A stretch of DNA of 64,000 nt, taken from the IMG/VR virus record IMGVR_UViG_3300010384_000005. The stretch is one strand, 5' to 3'. The stretch is from a virus. The notes below the pieces were generated by a model. The model did no database searches. It saw only the letters and a list, made by a program, of their open reading frames with translations, and was not told the DNA's origin. This document shows positions 1 through 7,930 of this stretch, one piece after another. A program made the position numbers and the translations under genes. The first letter of the stretch is position 1; each line of letters starts with the position of its first letter.

Positions 1-192
1 GACATCGGTCGACTTGAGCGTCTTGGTATTGAGGATGAGGATGCGGAAACAGCTATCGCCCGGTTCATCGAGAAGCATGTCGATGGTATAGCTCTTGCCC
101 AGGCTCGTGCTCTCGCCAACATACTGGTTGCCGAAGCGCGTGGTGTCGAACATCAGAAGGGCTTCTTCTTCGGAGATAATGTTGCGGTTCAT
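1..192 (-). CDS. Hypothetical protein, partial (runs off left edge)
   Basis: Manual translation from ATG at 192 gives MNRNIISEEEALLMFDTTRFGNQYVGESTSLGKSYTIDMLLDEPGDSCFRILILNTKTLKSTDV, open to position 1. GAGGA RBS upstream. Confidence 0.55.
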   Translation of the reverse strand, partial: MNRNIISEEEALLMFDTTRFGNQYVGESTSLGKSYTIDMLLDEPGDSCFRILILNTKTLKSTDV

Positions 193-218
193 GGTCGTCG
201 TCCTCTGGTGCCGTCGCT

Positions 219-536
219 TCAGGCGCAAAGCTGCTGAATGTCGGAAAGCTTGGTGCGGAGATGCCGGACCTCAGCGAGAAGCGCAGGCGTGGCGGCGCTG
301 TCGGAGTCGCCGAAGTAGACACCCAGCAAATCCATGGGCTCAATGTTCAGTGCACGGCAGATCGCGACTAGGGCGCCGACGGAAACGCGGTTCGTGCCCT
401 TTTCATATTTCTGAACCTGCTGAAATGTGACGCCGAGCTGCTGAGCGAGCTCAGTCTGGGAAGCACCACGGATGCGGCGTAATTCCTTGATGCGCTGTCC
501 AACTTCTACGTCAATGTCTCTGACACGCTTGCTCAT
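219..536 (-). CDS. XRE/Cro-C1-type HTH transcriptional regulator
   Basis: GQRIKELRRIRGASQTELAQQLGVTFQQVQKYEKGTNRVS is a classic HTH_3 signature. Start moved to MSKRV, which has a GAGGGA RBS. Confidence 0.85.
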   Translation of the reverse strand: MSKRVRDIDVEVGQRIKELRRIRGASQTELAQQLGVTFQQVQKYEKGTNRVSVGALVAICRALNIEPMDLLGVYFGDSDSAATPALLAEVRHLRTKLSDIQQLCA

Positions 537-605
537 TCCCTCATCCTCATCTCTGCCCGTTATCGCCGGTCGGCGGTTAGGCGGTGCGGTGTTCGATGAG
601 GAAAA

Positions 606-660
606 CATAGCGTTCGACTGAAATTCAGTCAATAGAAAATTTCGGCTCGACTGAAATTAA
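606..660. promoter_or_regulatory. Operator cluster at leftward early promoter (PL-like)
   Basis: GACTGAA-A-TTCAGTC palindrome at 616-630 and a second TCGACTGAA at 647-655. 606-625 matches 2381-2400 in the cI/cro gap at 19 of 20 nt. Confidence 0.65.
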
Positions 661-681
661 ATTCGGGCATATATCGGAGGG

Positions 682-978
682 ATGAACAGTACGACTGAAA
701 ATCCCAATGGGCGCTGGCTCAAAAGACGTGATGCTTGGATGCGGATGCTCGTTGGCGACTCGTTCGTCAGCCGGAACGCCAAACTGGTAGGTATACACAT
801 GGCTCTACGTCTGAGCGCAAAGAAGCCGTTCACATATCCAGCGATGAAAACGATCGGCAAAGCTCTCGATATCTCTCCGCGCCATGTGGCGCGTGCGCTG
901 AAAGAACTTGAGGATGAGGAGTGGATTAGAGTTCGCCGGCAACCGGGAAGATCAAGCGTGTATAGCCTGGACCTATGA
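682..978 (+). CDS. Winged-HTH protein resembling the N-terminal domain of phage replication initiators
   Basis: TYPAMKTIGKALDISPRHVARALKELEDEEWIRV fits an HTH_36-like initiator pattern. Directly followed by iteron-like repeats. Confidence 0.7.
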   Translation: MNSTTENPNGRWLKRRDAWMRMLVGDSFVSRNAKLVGIHMALRLSAKKPFTYPAMKTIGKALDISPRHVARALKELEDEEWIRVRRQPGRSSVYSLDL

Positions 979-1044
979 CATGGCTGTCATACCCACCTAT
1001 GACATGGCTGTCATACGAAATACGGAAAGCTGAAATACGGAAAG
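971..1044. repeat. Iteron-like repeats (putative replication origin)
   Basis: ACCTATGACATGGCTGTCATAC twice (971-992, 995-1016), each containing the palindrome TATGACA-N4-TGTCATA. Then GAAATACGGAAAG twice (1017-1029, 1032-1044) and a T-rich tract. Confidence 0.8.
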
Positions 1045-1295
1045 AGTCTTTTATTTTTTTATATTCTTGCTCTGAAGGGAGTTGTTGGAAACAGAGCATG
1101 AGAACGAAATTGTAATGAGGATGACGCAAATAGGACTTGGCTTTTATGTTATCTCATCATACCAGTATAGCGGGGAGGGGTTTGTTTGATCTAGATCAAA
1201 CTCTTTATGTGAGTATAAGTTAATTATTAAAAAGCTACTCTAGTTTGGATTGAGCCGCAGGCGGGCGATCACTCTCAACTGAAAATTTGAGAAAT

Positions 1296-1550
1296 CTACT
1301 TCTTACCGAGGAGATCAAATAGATCCCTCAGTAGGCTTGATGCTGCGTGCCTATCCTTATCGCTTAGCGAAGAAATGGATTGCACGATGGCCTCGATGTT
1401 AGCGAGGGGGGACGGGGAAAATGAAGCTTCCAGACGATCTAAAATCTCAGCATTCATGCTCCTGCCGTTATCTACGGCGGAGTGAGCTAGCTTTTTCTTC
1501 AATTCTGGCGGAAGGCGCAAATTGTGTCTGGGGTCAGGAGTCTGTGGCAT
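1296..1550 (-). CDS. Arc-family ribbon-helix-helix DNA-binding protein
   Basis: HNLRLPPELKKKLAHSAVDNGRSMNAEILDRLEASF is the Arc consensus. Start set at MPQTP. Confidence 0.85.
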   Translation of the reverse strand: MPQTPDPRHNLRLPPELKKKLAHSAVDNGRSMNAEILDRLEASFSPSPLANIEAIVQSISSLSDKDRHAASSLLRDLFDLLGKK

Positions 1551-1910
1551 TATTGCCTTATGCGGAAAATAATGAGTTCTGAAAATGGTGCAAATGTGGT
1601 GCGTATGTGCCACTGGTGTGCCATGCTTGTGTTTATGAGAAAATATCAATTGACTAATTCGTTGGGAAAATGTTCCTATTCTGTCCTAGAAAAAAATTAA
1701 GAAAATATCAATTCTGGCTAAAGTTTCGGGAGTTGAGCTGGAAGGGTGCATGCAGAGGGTGAAAAATATAGCAGCACACGAGAAAGGTCGCTGCAGCAAG
1801 GAGCATCATGCCAACGGGGGCTACAGCAATCTATCAGTTATTGGCGAAAATGGGCGCGCCAGAACAAAAGGCATTCGGGATCGTCATCGATTGCCTGTTG
1901 TGTCCGAAAT

Positions 1911-2345
1911 TCAGTGATTGTGAGTCTGGTCAGTCAATTGTTCGGCGGCCTCGGTCGCTTCTTGAAGTCTCTCAGGATGAGATTTCTCCAGCTCGCGAAC
2001 ACGTTGCATAATATCGATAAACACGTCGTTTATAGCCTGGCGTGACACACCGGCCTCGCGCGCCTCAGATACGGCGTCATTGATCGTCGCCCTCCAGTCA
2101 TTGTCGTTGGCTGGAGGATGTGAAATTAGGTCGGCCGGGGAACACCCGAACACCAGTGCAATCTGTTCAAGCGTGGATTGACTATATCCCTGCTTGCCTC
2201 TCTCTAGCTGCGAAATCGACGAGACGGACAGGTTTGCCGCGCTCGCAAGTTCCTCAATCGTCATATCCTTCGATTCGCGCCATTGGCGGATGAAGTGACG
2301 AGGTTTTCCGTCGTCTGAAGGTGTCAATTTCTTTCTTGTTCCCAT
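1911..2345 (-). CDS. cI: CI-like immunity repressor (XRE HTH, no peptidase domain)
   Basis: FIRQWRESKDMTIEELASAANLSVSSISQLERGKQGYS HTH, divergent from a cro-like gene across repeated operators. Confidence 0.8.
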   Translation of the reverse strand: MGTRKKLTPSDDGKPRHFIRQWRESKDMTIEELASAANLSVSSISQLERGKQGYSQSTLEQIALVFGCSPADLISHPPANDNDWRATINDAVSEAREAGVSRQAINDVFIDIMQRVRELEKSHPERLQEATEAAEQLTDQTHNH

Positions 2346-2380
2346 GATTCCAATTATCGCATAGCAACAAAATTTACCGC

Positions 2381-2431
2381 CATAGCGTTTGACTGAAATT
2401 TTCTCTTGACTGAAGTTTCGTTTTGACTGAA
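2381..2431. promoter_or_regulatory. OR-like operator array between cI and cro
   Basis: TTGACTGAA at 2389, 2406 and 2423, an exact 17-bp period. Confidence 0.75.
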
Positions 2432-2441
2432 ACTGCGAGCC

Positions 2442-2645
2442 ATGAAAAAGCTCTCAGAATTCTTCAAAGCAAATCGCGGCGCGCAAAAAAGGTTGGCTGA
2501 GCAGCTTGGGCTGCAGCCATCTACTGTGTCGCAATGGAAATCGGTCCCAGTAGAACATCTGCCTGAAGTGGCGGAGTTTACCGGCATTCCCCGCGAAGAA
2601 TTGGTTCCTGATGCATTTCGGCCTGCGCGGGAGATGTCCCCGTGA
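2442..2645 (+). CDS. cro: Cro-like regulator (YdaS/Cro superfamily)
   Basis: 67 aa, QKRLAEQLGLQPSTVSQWKSVP...VAEFTGIPREELVPD. First gene of the rightward operon. Confidence 0.85.
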   Translation: MKKLSEFFKANRGAQKRLAEQLGLQPSTVSQWKSVPVEHLPEVAEFTGIPREELVPDAFRPAREMSP

Positions 2646-3013
2646 AGGCTCAAAAGCACATATATTTCATCAAGCCCGTTGGCATGATTGGTCCGATCAA
2701 GATCGGATACTCCGCATTCGTGGGTGGGCGTCTTCTTCAATTGGCGGCTTGGTCCCCGTTCCCGCTGGAAGTCATCTATAGCGAGCCGGGGCCGTCGCAT
2801 GTCGAACGCGCGCTCCATCGTTGCTTTGCTGACTATCATTCTCATCTCGAATGGTTCCACCCAGGAGAGCGGCTAGTATCCGCAATAAAGCAGCTGGTCG
2901 CCGGAAGCACTATCGCTGAGGCGATCGATCTTAGCGATGAGCGCGGCTCCATCTTCATGCCGAACGGCAGGAAGGCCAATAAGGCGATCCCGCTGTCTGG
3001 TGGTGTCGTATGA
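2642..3013 (+). CDS. GIY-YIG-like (T5orf172/MUG113) domain protein
   Basis: IYFIK...IKIGYS...RL..L......E..LH..F.......EWF pattern. Confidence 0.7.
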   Translation: MKAQKHIYFIKPVGMIGPIKIGYSAFVGGRLLQLAAWSPFPLEVIYSEPGPSHVERALHRCFADYHSHLEWFHPGERLVSAIKQLVAGSTIAEAIDLSDERGSIFMPNGRKANKAIPLSGGVV

Positions 3014-3141
3014 CTCCTGATCTCACCATTCTCCTAGAAGTCCTGTCTGTCTGGCTACCGATCGTAGCCGTGATGTTCATTGCCGATAACCGGAAGGCGG
3101 ATCGAGTTGAGGCGCAGGCGCGCCGGGATGGGCTGGTATGA
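3010..3141 (+). CDS. Small membrane protein (43 aa)
   Basis: Manual translation MTPDLTILLEVLSVWLPIVAVMFIADNRKADRVEAQARRDGLV. ATGA overlaps on both sides. Confidence 0.5.
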   Translation: MTPDLTILLEVLSVWLPIVAVMFIADNRKADRVEAQARRDGLV

Positions 3142-3425
3142 ACACCGAAGCTAAGGCCTTTCCCAGAGACATCATCAAGGCGGCAGGCGATGTCTGCAGC
3201 GCAATGGGCATTCCATCGACCGTCGCAAATTGCATGCCAATCATGAATGCGCTGGTCGCCGAGCGCGAACGCTGCGCTGCAATTGCTGATATTGCCGCTT
3301 CGGGCCGTGATTGGCAGCGAGCAGATGCAAACGCCCAGAACGACAAACGTGCGGCCAGAGATTTCGAGAGCATGAAGATCGAAGCCCTTGAGATTGCGTA
3401 TGCTATTCGGAAAGGCGGTGCATGA
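3138..3425 (+). CDS. Hypothetical phage protein
   Basis: Tightly coupled ORF with AERERCAAIAD...IA.AIR motif common in phage early genes. Confidence 0.7.
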   Translation: MNTEAKAFPRDIIKAAGDVCSAMGIPSTVANCMPIMNALVAERERCAAIADIAASGRDWQRADANAQNDKRAARDFESMKIEALEIAYAIRKGGA

Positions 3426-3632
3426 ATGACTCCCTCCGACTTCATCACCGCAGCATATAAGCGTGCCTATGAATCCTACCACGGCAAACCAGCCCCGAAG
3501 ATCAGCCGAGGCTCTGGTGGGGGATACATCATCCATGGGGAGGGTGGGCCGAGTCCATCGAAGACAGAAGGCCAGATGCGGGTTCTGACGAACGCGATGA
3601 ACCGCTGGGCTAGGGAAGGGGTACGGGTATGA
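3426..3632 (+). CDS. Hypothetical protein
   Basis: Abutting ORF in the coupled operon. Confidence 0.65.
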   Translation: MTPSDFITAAYKRAYESYHGKPAPKISRGSGGGYIIHGEGGPSPSKTEGQMRVLTNAMNRWAREGVRV

Positions 3633-3922
3633 CGGATCCGAGCTTTTCTGCCGTTTGCAAGGAGCAATATCAGGCTGGCTATGAAGCCGCCATGAAGGAT
3701 TTCCTTGCAGCTATCCGTTATCTGCGCGGTCTGAGCGTCAACCCCTGTCTGTCCGACCGCCAATACCTGGAAAAGATCGCCGATCAGGTGATCGCACGCA
3801 ATCAACCCAAAGCCGAAACCTCTCGGGAAGCTTCGCCGGCAGCTGAGACGGAATCGGCCCAGAGCGGGGCAGGCGTTGTATCCGTCTGCCCCGCATTGAT
3901 CGATGATGTTGGGAGCGACTGA
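3629..3922 (+). CDS. Hypothetical protein
   Basis: ATGA-coupled ORF. Confidence 0.6.
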   Translation: MTDPSFSAVCKEQYQAGYEAAMKDFLAAIRYLRGLSVNPCLSDRQYLEKIADQVIARNQPKAETSREASPAAETESAQSGAGVVSVCPALIDDVGSD

Positions 3923-3925
3923 GCG

Positions 3926-4105
3926 ATGGGCGACGGAGGCAAGATCAAAGTCAGTGTCGATAATGATTGGGCATGGGCCATCATCATCGCCTTCTTTCTC
4001 TTCTGGCAACAGAGCGGCTGGTATCGCGTCGATTGTGCTCTTGGTGTCCAAAAAGCCTGCAATTTGATTGCGGCTGAAAAAGAATACACGGAGGCAAAGC
4101 CATGA
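3926..4105 (+). CDS. Small membrane protein (59 aa)
   Basis: Manual translation MGDGGKIKVSVDNDWAWAIIIAFFLFWQQSGWYRVDCALG... fills the gap and overlaps the next start (ATGA). Confidence 0.55.
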   Translation: MGDGGKIKVSVDNDWAWAIIIAFFLFWQQSGWYRVDCALGVQKACNLIAAEKEYTEAKP

Positions 4106-4302
4106 CCTCCGCAAACTCCGCAGCGCGCCAAATTCAGCGCCGAGAAGTGAACCCAGAGCCAGTTGGCAACGACTGGCTAGCCGACTTCCGCCGTCTGTTC
4201 TCAGAAGAATTTCCACCATCCGAATGTGAAGCACAGAAAGCCGTTGAAGGCATAGGCCATCAGCGGGTGCAGGGCAATCGGTTTTCGGGAGAAGGGGCAT
4301 GA
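4102..4302 (+). CDS. Hypothetical protein
   Basis: GGAGG RBS, ATGA coupling. Confidence 0.55.
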   Translation: MTSANSAARQIQRREVNPEPVGNDWLADFRRLFSEEFPPSECEAQKAVEGIGHQRVQGNRFSGEGA

Positions 4303-4628
4303 CTCAGTTCCATGTAGGCCAGAAGGTTGTTTGCGTGAATGCCAGCGAAATGGATGAAGCTCCTGTGGGCGTCCGAATAGTTGGTGATCTGGATGGCCTC
4401 CGAAAGGGGGCGATCTACACTGTTCGGTCGATTTACATTGATCATGTATGGGGAGGGGCATGTATTCGTCTGCATGAAATTGAGCGCCGCCCTCTCTCTT
4501 TTTTTAACGGTCAGTATTTCGAATCCGGTTATGACCCGAGTCGCTTTCGCCCAATCATTGAGCGCAAAACCGACATTTCCATCTTCAGAGCCATGCTGAA
4601 CCCTCAAAAGACTGAGGTGACGGCATGA
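4299..4628 (+). CDS. Hypothetical phage protein
   Basis: FHVGQKVVCV...G.IYTVR...RF(R)P pattern typical of small phage SH3-like proteins. Coupled. Confidence 0.7.
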   Translation: MTQFHVGQKVVCVNASEMDEAPVGVRIVGDLDGLRKGAIYTVRSIYIDHVWGGACIRLHEIERRPLSFFNGQYFESGYDPSRFRPIIERKTDISIFRAMLNPQKTEVTA

Positions 4629-4801
4629 TCACCGAATCCCTGCAAATCGCGCTCTTCATCTGGATATCCTCCAGCTTCGTGGCATGCCTTGGCGTCGTCG
4701 TCTGGCACATCGTTCGCGATTCCCTGCGTAAGCCAGTCAGGCATGAGGCTGTCATCCTTCAGTTCCGTCCTCGGGCAAGGAAGGGGCGCTTCCATGGATG
4801 A
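4625..4801 (+). CDS. Small membrane protein (58 aa)
   Basis: Manual translation MITESLQIALFIWISSSFVACLGVVVWHIVRD... with GAGGTG RBS. Confidence 0.5.
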   Translation: MITESLQIALFIWISSSFVACLGVVVWHIVRDSLRKPVRHEAVILQFRPRARKGRFHG

Positions 4802-4970
4802 CTTCCTCAGAGGTTTTCTTCCCGTCGCTGCGATCCTAATGGCCTTGGCGTTCGGTGCTTTCGTGCGCCATTTCATCGTCAAAGAGCTGAAGCGCCGCGA
4901 ATTCGCAGTCACCGACAATGCCGGTGCAGAAGAGGGCGCTCGGATAAATCACTGCGAGGGGACAAAGTGA
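4794..4970 (+). CDS. Small membrane protein
   Basis: MDDFLRGFLPVAAILMALAFGAFVRHF, one TM helix, AGGAAGG RBS. Confidence 0.55.
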   Translation: MDDFLRGFLPVAAILMALAFGAFVRHFIVKELKRREFAVTDNAGAEEGARINHCEGTK

Positions 4971-5239
4971 GCGCGGCTATGCAAACTTTCGAACAGGATT
5001 CGCGCGAGAGCCGTATCTATGAAGCTCTGCGCGCCAAATATCCTTACTCAGTCAGAGCGGAGACGCTTGCAAATCTAGCTGGTCTTTCTTGGCGGGACGA
5101 TCCGGTCAGATGCTTCACGCTGCTCTCCATTTCATTCGCAAAACTCACTCGGGAACTTGTCGGCACTGACTGGCAGGTCATGCGTACCGATGGAACTCCC
5201 GAAGCATTCTTTTGGCTTTCGCCAGTGGGCGGTGGCTGA
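4967..5239 (+). CDS. Hypothetical (winged-helix-like) protein
   Basis: GTGA coupling. RIYEALRAKYP...AETLANLAG is helix-turn-helix-like. Confidence 0.6.
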   Translation: MSAAMQTFEQDSRESRIYEALRAKYPYSVRAETLANLAGLSWRDDPVRCFTLLSISFAKLTRELVGTDWQVMRTDGTPEAFFWLSPVGGG

Positions 5240-5295
5240 ACTCCTTTCGTACGCCGCTCTTGCTGACAAGGATGACCCTATCAGGAGCGGCGAAC

Positions 5296-5748
5296 ATGAA
5301 GTGTGCAGAAACTCAACAAAAAGTATCCAATTTCAAAACAGGGAATGAGGCGAAAGCGATGTCTTTAGTGGACGCATATAGCCCGGAAGAGGCGAGAATT
5401 GTCGCCGAGAAGATGTTCAGGCGTGAATGCGATGGCTGGGGCGATGAAACGCGCGCCCTGGAAAAGGTGGCCCGTCAATGCGGCATGACGGCGGTCAGCT
5501 TCAAGAGGCTGATCAAAGGGAAGCGTAAGGGCGTCGATCTCAAACTGAGCCGACGTATCCGCCTCGCATACCTCAATCTTTGCCATTCACTCATGGCCCA
5601 ACTCCAGAACGACATAAAGGCTATCGAGGAGGCGTACGGCCATGACGCTGTGGCGGATTTTATTGATGAAGTTGAGGATTTGGATGCGCGCGTTCGCGTT
5701 GCGAAAGCAGCGGCCAAACGATCCTACGAACAACCCCAACAAGGATGA
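5296..5748 (+). CDS. Putative HTH regulator (CII-like position)
   Basis: RALEKVARQCGMTAVSFKRLIKGKRK HTH-like segment. AGGAG RBS sits in a hairpin (about 5250-5292). Alternative start at 5359. Confidence 0.6.
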   Translation: MKCAETQQKVSNFKTGNEAKAMSLVDAYSPEEARIVAEKMFRRECDGWGDETRALEKVARQCGMTAVSFKRLIKGKRKGVDLKLSRRIRLAYLNLCHSLMAQLQNDIKAIEEAYGHDAVADFIDEVEDLDARVRVAKAAAKRSYEQPQQG

Positions 5749-5754
5749 CAAACG

Positions 5755-6282
5755 ATGACAGCACTAGCTGGTGACAATTCGAAAGCAGAGCGTGAGCGCA
5801 GAGTTCAGTTTTCCTATTACCATCGGAAGGATCGCGACATCGCGGCGCAAATCCGCGAGTTGAATGAGCTGAAGAAGTCAAACCGGCAGAATGCCAAGGC
5901 TGCCGGATTCCCCTCAGCAAAGCTCGACCACTATCTGAAATCATTCCTTGCCGAAGATCAGCAGAAGCCGGTCGATAAGCACAGGTCAGAACGAGAAAAT
6001 TTGGCATGGCTTGGCTACATCCATGAAGACCCGCGCGGCGATCTTCTTTCGGATCGAGTGAGCAGTGAAGAGTTGCTTCGCGCCAAGGGCTTCCACGCCG
6101 GCCTGAATGGCCTTGACCGCGTCTCTGGATATGACGGCGGCAGTTCTGACGATCGCCTCTGGCTGGAATCATATGATGCTGGACGCGAGGAATACGACAC
6201 GATCCTTCCCGATATCGAGGCTCGCATCAACGCTGAAGCCGACAAGGAAGCTCCTCCCCAGGACGAAGACTACGAAGACTGA
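5755..6282 (+). CDS. Hypothetical protein, possibly GapR/DUF2312-like N-terminus with an Rmf-like C-terminal motif
   Basis: DIAAQIRELNELKKSNRQNAKAAGF coiled segment and KGFHAGLNG...WLESYDAG motif. Family call is tentative. Confidence 0.6.
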   Translation: MTALAGDNSKAERERRVQFSYYHRKDRDIAAQIRELNELKKSNRQNAKAAGFPSAKLDHYLKSFLAEDQQKPVDKHRSERENLAWLGYIHEDPRGDLLSDRVSSEELLRAKGFHAGLNGLDRVSGYDGGSSDDRLWLESYDAGREEYDTILPDIEARINAEADKEAPPQDEDYED

Positions 6283-6293
6283 CAGGTTCCCTA

Positions 6294-6360
6294 GGCGGCT
6301 TTCTCCTCCTCCCAGCAAAAGCCGCCCAACTAACCGGTCGCAAATGACCGGTACTTTCTT
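6294..6360 (+). ncRNA. Cuckoo-type anti-SD hairpin plus terminator-like hairpin
   Basis: GGCGGCTTT-(CTCCTCCTCCC...)-AAAGCCGCC at 6294-6326, then ACCGGTC-N6-GACCGGT-ACTTTCTT. Confidence 0.45.
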
Positions 6361-6372
6361 CCCGAGGGCATC

Positions 6373-6582
6373 ATGAGTTTGAACATAAAAATACAAGCAA
6401 AGACCGAAGAGATACTGGAGAGCGAAGCCGCCTTCTTTGGCGTGAACGCTACTGCTCTCGGGAAAGCGATAATCGATAAGGTCGTAGCTGGTGGTCTCAC
6501 CCGCGATGTTCTCCAAGGCGTTGATGTCGCCAGTTATCAATCTCGACGCCGTGGCCGTCCAATCCGGAGGACGGCGCAATGA
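6373..6582 (+). CDS. Small basic DNA-binding protein (RHH-like)
   Basis: LNIKIQAKTEEILESEAAFFGVNATALGKAIIDKV resembles a strand-helix-helix fold. Basic RRRGRP tail. Confidence 0.6.
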   Translation: MSLNIKIQAKTEEILESEAAFFGVNATALGKAIIDKVVAGGLTRDVLQGVDVASYQSRRRGRPIRRTAQ

Positions 6583-7301
6583 CTGTTATCTATTCTAATT
6601 GGACCATAGAGGCGAAGCAGAAGGCCAGCAAGCTATGGTCTGACGGGCTATCGGTTGCTCAAATAGCATCTCGCCTCAATGTTCAGCTCGGCTCCATTTC
6701 TGGCCTTATGACCCGCAATCGTGACATGTTCCCGAGGCGTGGTAGCCGGGGACAGTCCGCATACGCTCGAAGCAATACGGCGTCACTCAACGGGAAGTCC
6801 GTTTGGACCGAAGAGCAGCTTCAAACTGCAGTTGACATGTGGAATTCCAATCGCACCACCGAAGAGATCGGCGAAGCGATAGGCAAGACCGCCAAAGCCG
6901 TAAGGGTTAAAGCCAATAATAACCGCGATATGTTCCCGCATCGCGATCTGCGAGGCTCTGGACAAGGTAGGATAGTTGATCGCGTCGGGCGTCAGCAGGC
7001 GAAACGGGAACGGCATATTCAGGGCCTTCCTTCTGAACCGCCCCCGTTGCCTCATCACGGATATAACACGGCAGTTTTTGCGCTGCCTGGAGTTGCGCCA
7101 GTCCGGCTGCTGGATCTTACGGGCAAGCATTGCAGATGGCCCATTACCTGCGATGAAAGCCCGAAAGGCGCTGATACCCCGTTCTGCGGTGCCACGCGGA
7201 CCCACGGCTCTTATTGTGCTGCGCACGCCATGATCTCGCGTGGGCGAGGAACTACGTCAGAACGCAATGCCCTCAATGGTATCGGAGGGCGGCACTCATG
7301 A
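6579..7301 (+). CDS. gcrA: GcrA-family cell-cycle regulator homolog with duplicated N-terminal HTH
   Basis: WT.E....L..LW..G.S..QIA..L motif occurs twice, each ending NRDMFP. C-terminal LLDLTGKHCRWP...FCG......SYC..H is GcrA-diagnostic. Confidence 0.85.
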   Translation: MTVIYSNWTIEAKQKASKLWSDGLSVAQIASRLNVQLGSISGLMTRNRDMFPRRGSRGQSAYARSNTASLNGKSVWTEEQLQTAVDMWNSNRTTEEIGEAIGKTAKAVRVKANNNRDMFPHRDLRGSGQGRIVDRVGRQQAKRERHIQGLPSEPPPLPHHGYNTAVFALPGVAPVRLLDLTGKHCRWPITCDESPKGADTPFCGATRTHGSYCAAHAMISRGRGTTSERNALNGIGGRHS

Positions 7302-7930
7302 TAGTAATTGGCATCGACGCCGCCACCCGGACAGGATTCGCAGTTCGTAATAGCGAAAAGCACCGCTCGTCCATTATTGCCGGCACGTTCTCGGTCAAGG
7401 ACTACGATTGGGAAGAGAAATATGCCGTCGCGGCCAATCTCTTCTATCGCCTCGTGCAAGAGCATAAGCCCGATTTCGTCGCCATTGAGCGGCCGGAGCA
7501 TGGTGTTCGCCAATTCGCCAAGAAAGGCAAACCAGATCTGACAGGCGAAGAGAAGATGGTGTCGACTATCAATCCGGCCGCTCTTCAGCTCACGGGCATT
7601 GTCGGGGCCATCATCGGTATCTGCCAGATCAAGAGCATTCCGTTCGGCACCATAGCCGCAGTTTCTTGGCGTCCGGTCTACTTCGGCAAAGGCGTCAAGC
7701 CTGCGCAAGGCAAAGACTGGAAAGACCTGGCTATCGAATATGCCCAACGTGAGAACATCGCCCTGCCTACCTCCAAGGCCGAACAGAGAGACGCTGCGGA
7801 AGCAATCGGGATCTGCACATGCTGGGCTCAATGCCAAATTCCAGAACTGCGGTGGATGCAGCAGCGCTTCATCGATCTTCGCACGGGGGCATACGCTTCC
7901 AAGGCTAAGAGGGAAGGGATTGCGGCATAA
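7298..7930 (+). CDS. ruvC: RuvC-like Holliday junction resolvase
   Basis: MIVIGIDAATRTGFAV (RNase H strand with catalytic Asp), PDFVAIE, W+....G...K, DAAEAIGI. Confidence 0.72.
   Translation: MIVIGIDAATRTGFAVRNSEKHRSSIIAGTFSVKDYDWEEKYAVAANLFYRLVQEHKPDFVAIERPEHGVRQFAKKGKPDLTGEEKMVSTINPAALQLTGIVGAIIGICQIKSIPFGTIAAVSWRPVYFGKGVKPAQGKDWKDLAIEYAQRENIALPTSKAEQRDAAEAIGICTCWAQCQIPELRWMQQRFIDLRTGAYASKAKREGIAA

Noticed and set aside
1808-2011. 67-aa + strand ORF between arc and cI
   Set aside because: Overlaps the 3' 100 nt of the repressor gene on the opposite strand and has no recognisable motif. It may be real but I cannot support it.
2391-2411. Partial match of unit-1 gapped pattern to this phage's own OR region (minus strand, 10 of 14 NN bases)
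   Set aside because: A rough binomial estimate gives dozens of such matches by chance in 128 kb of both strands, so it is not evidence of self-targeting.
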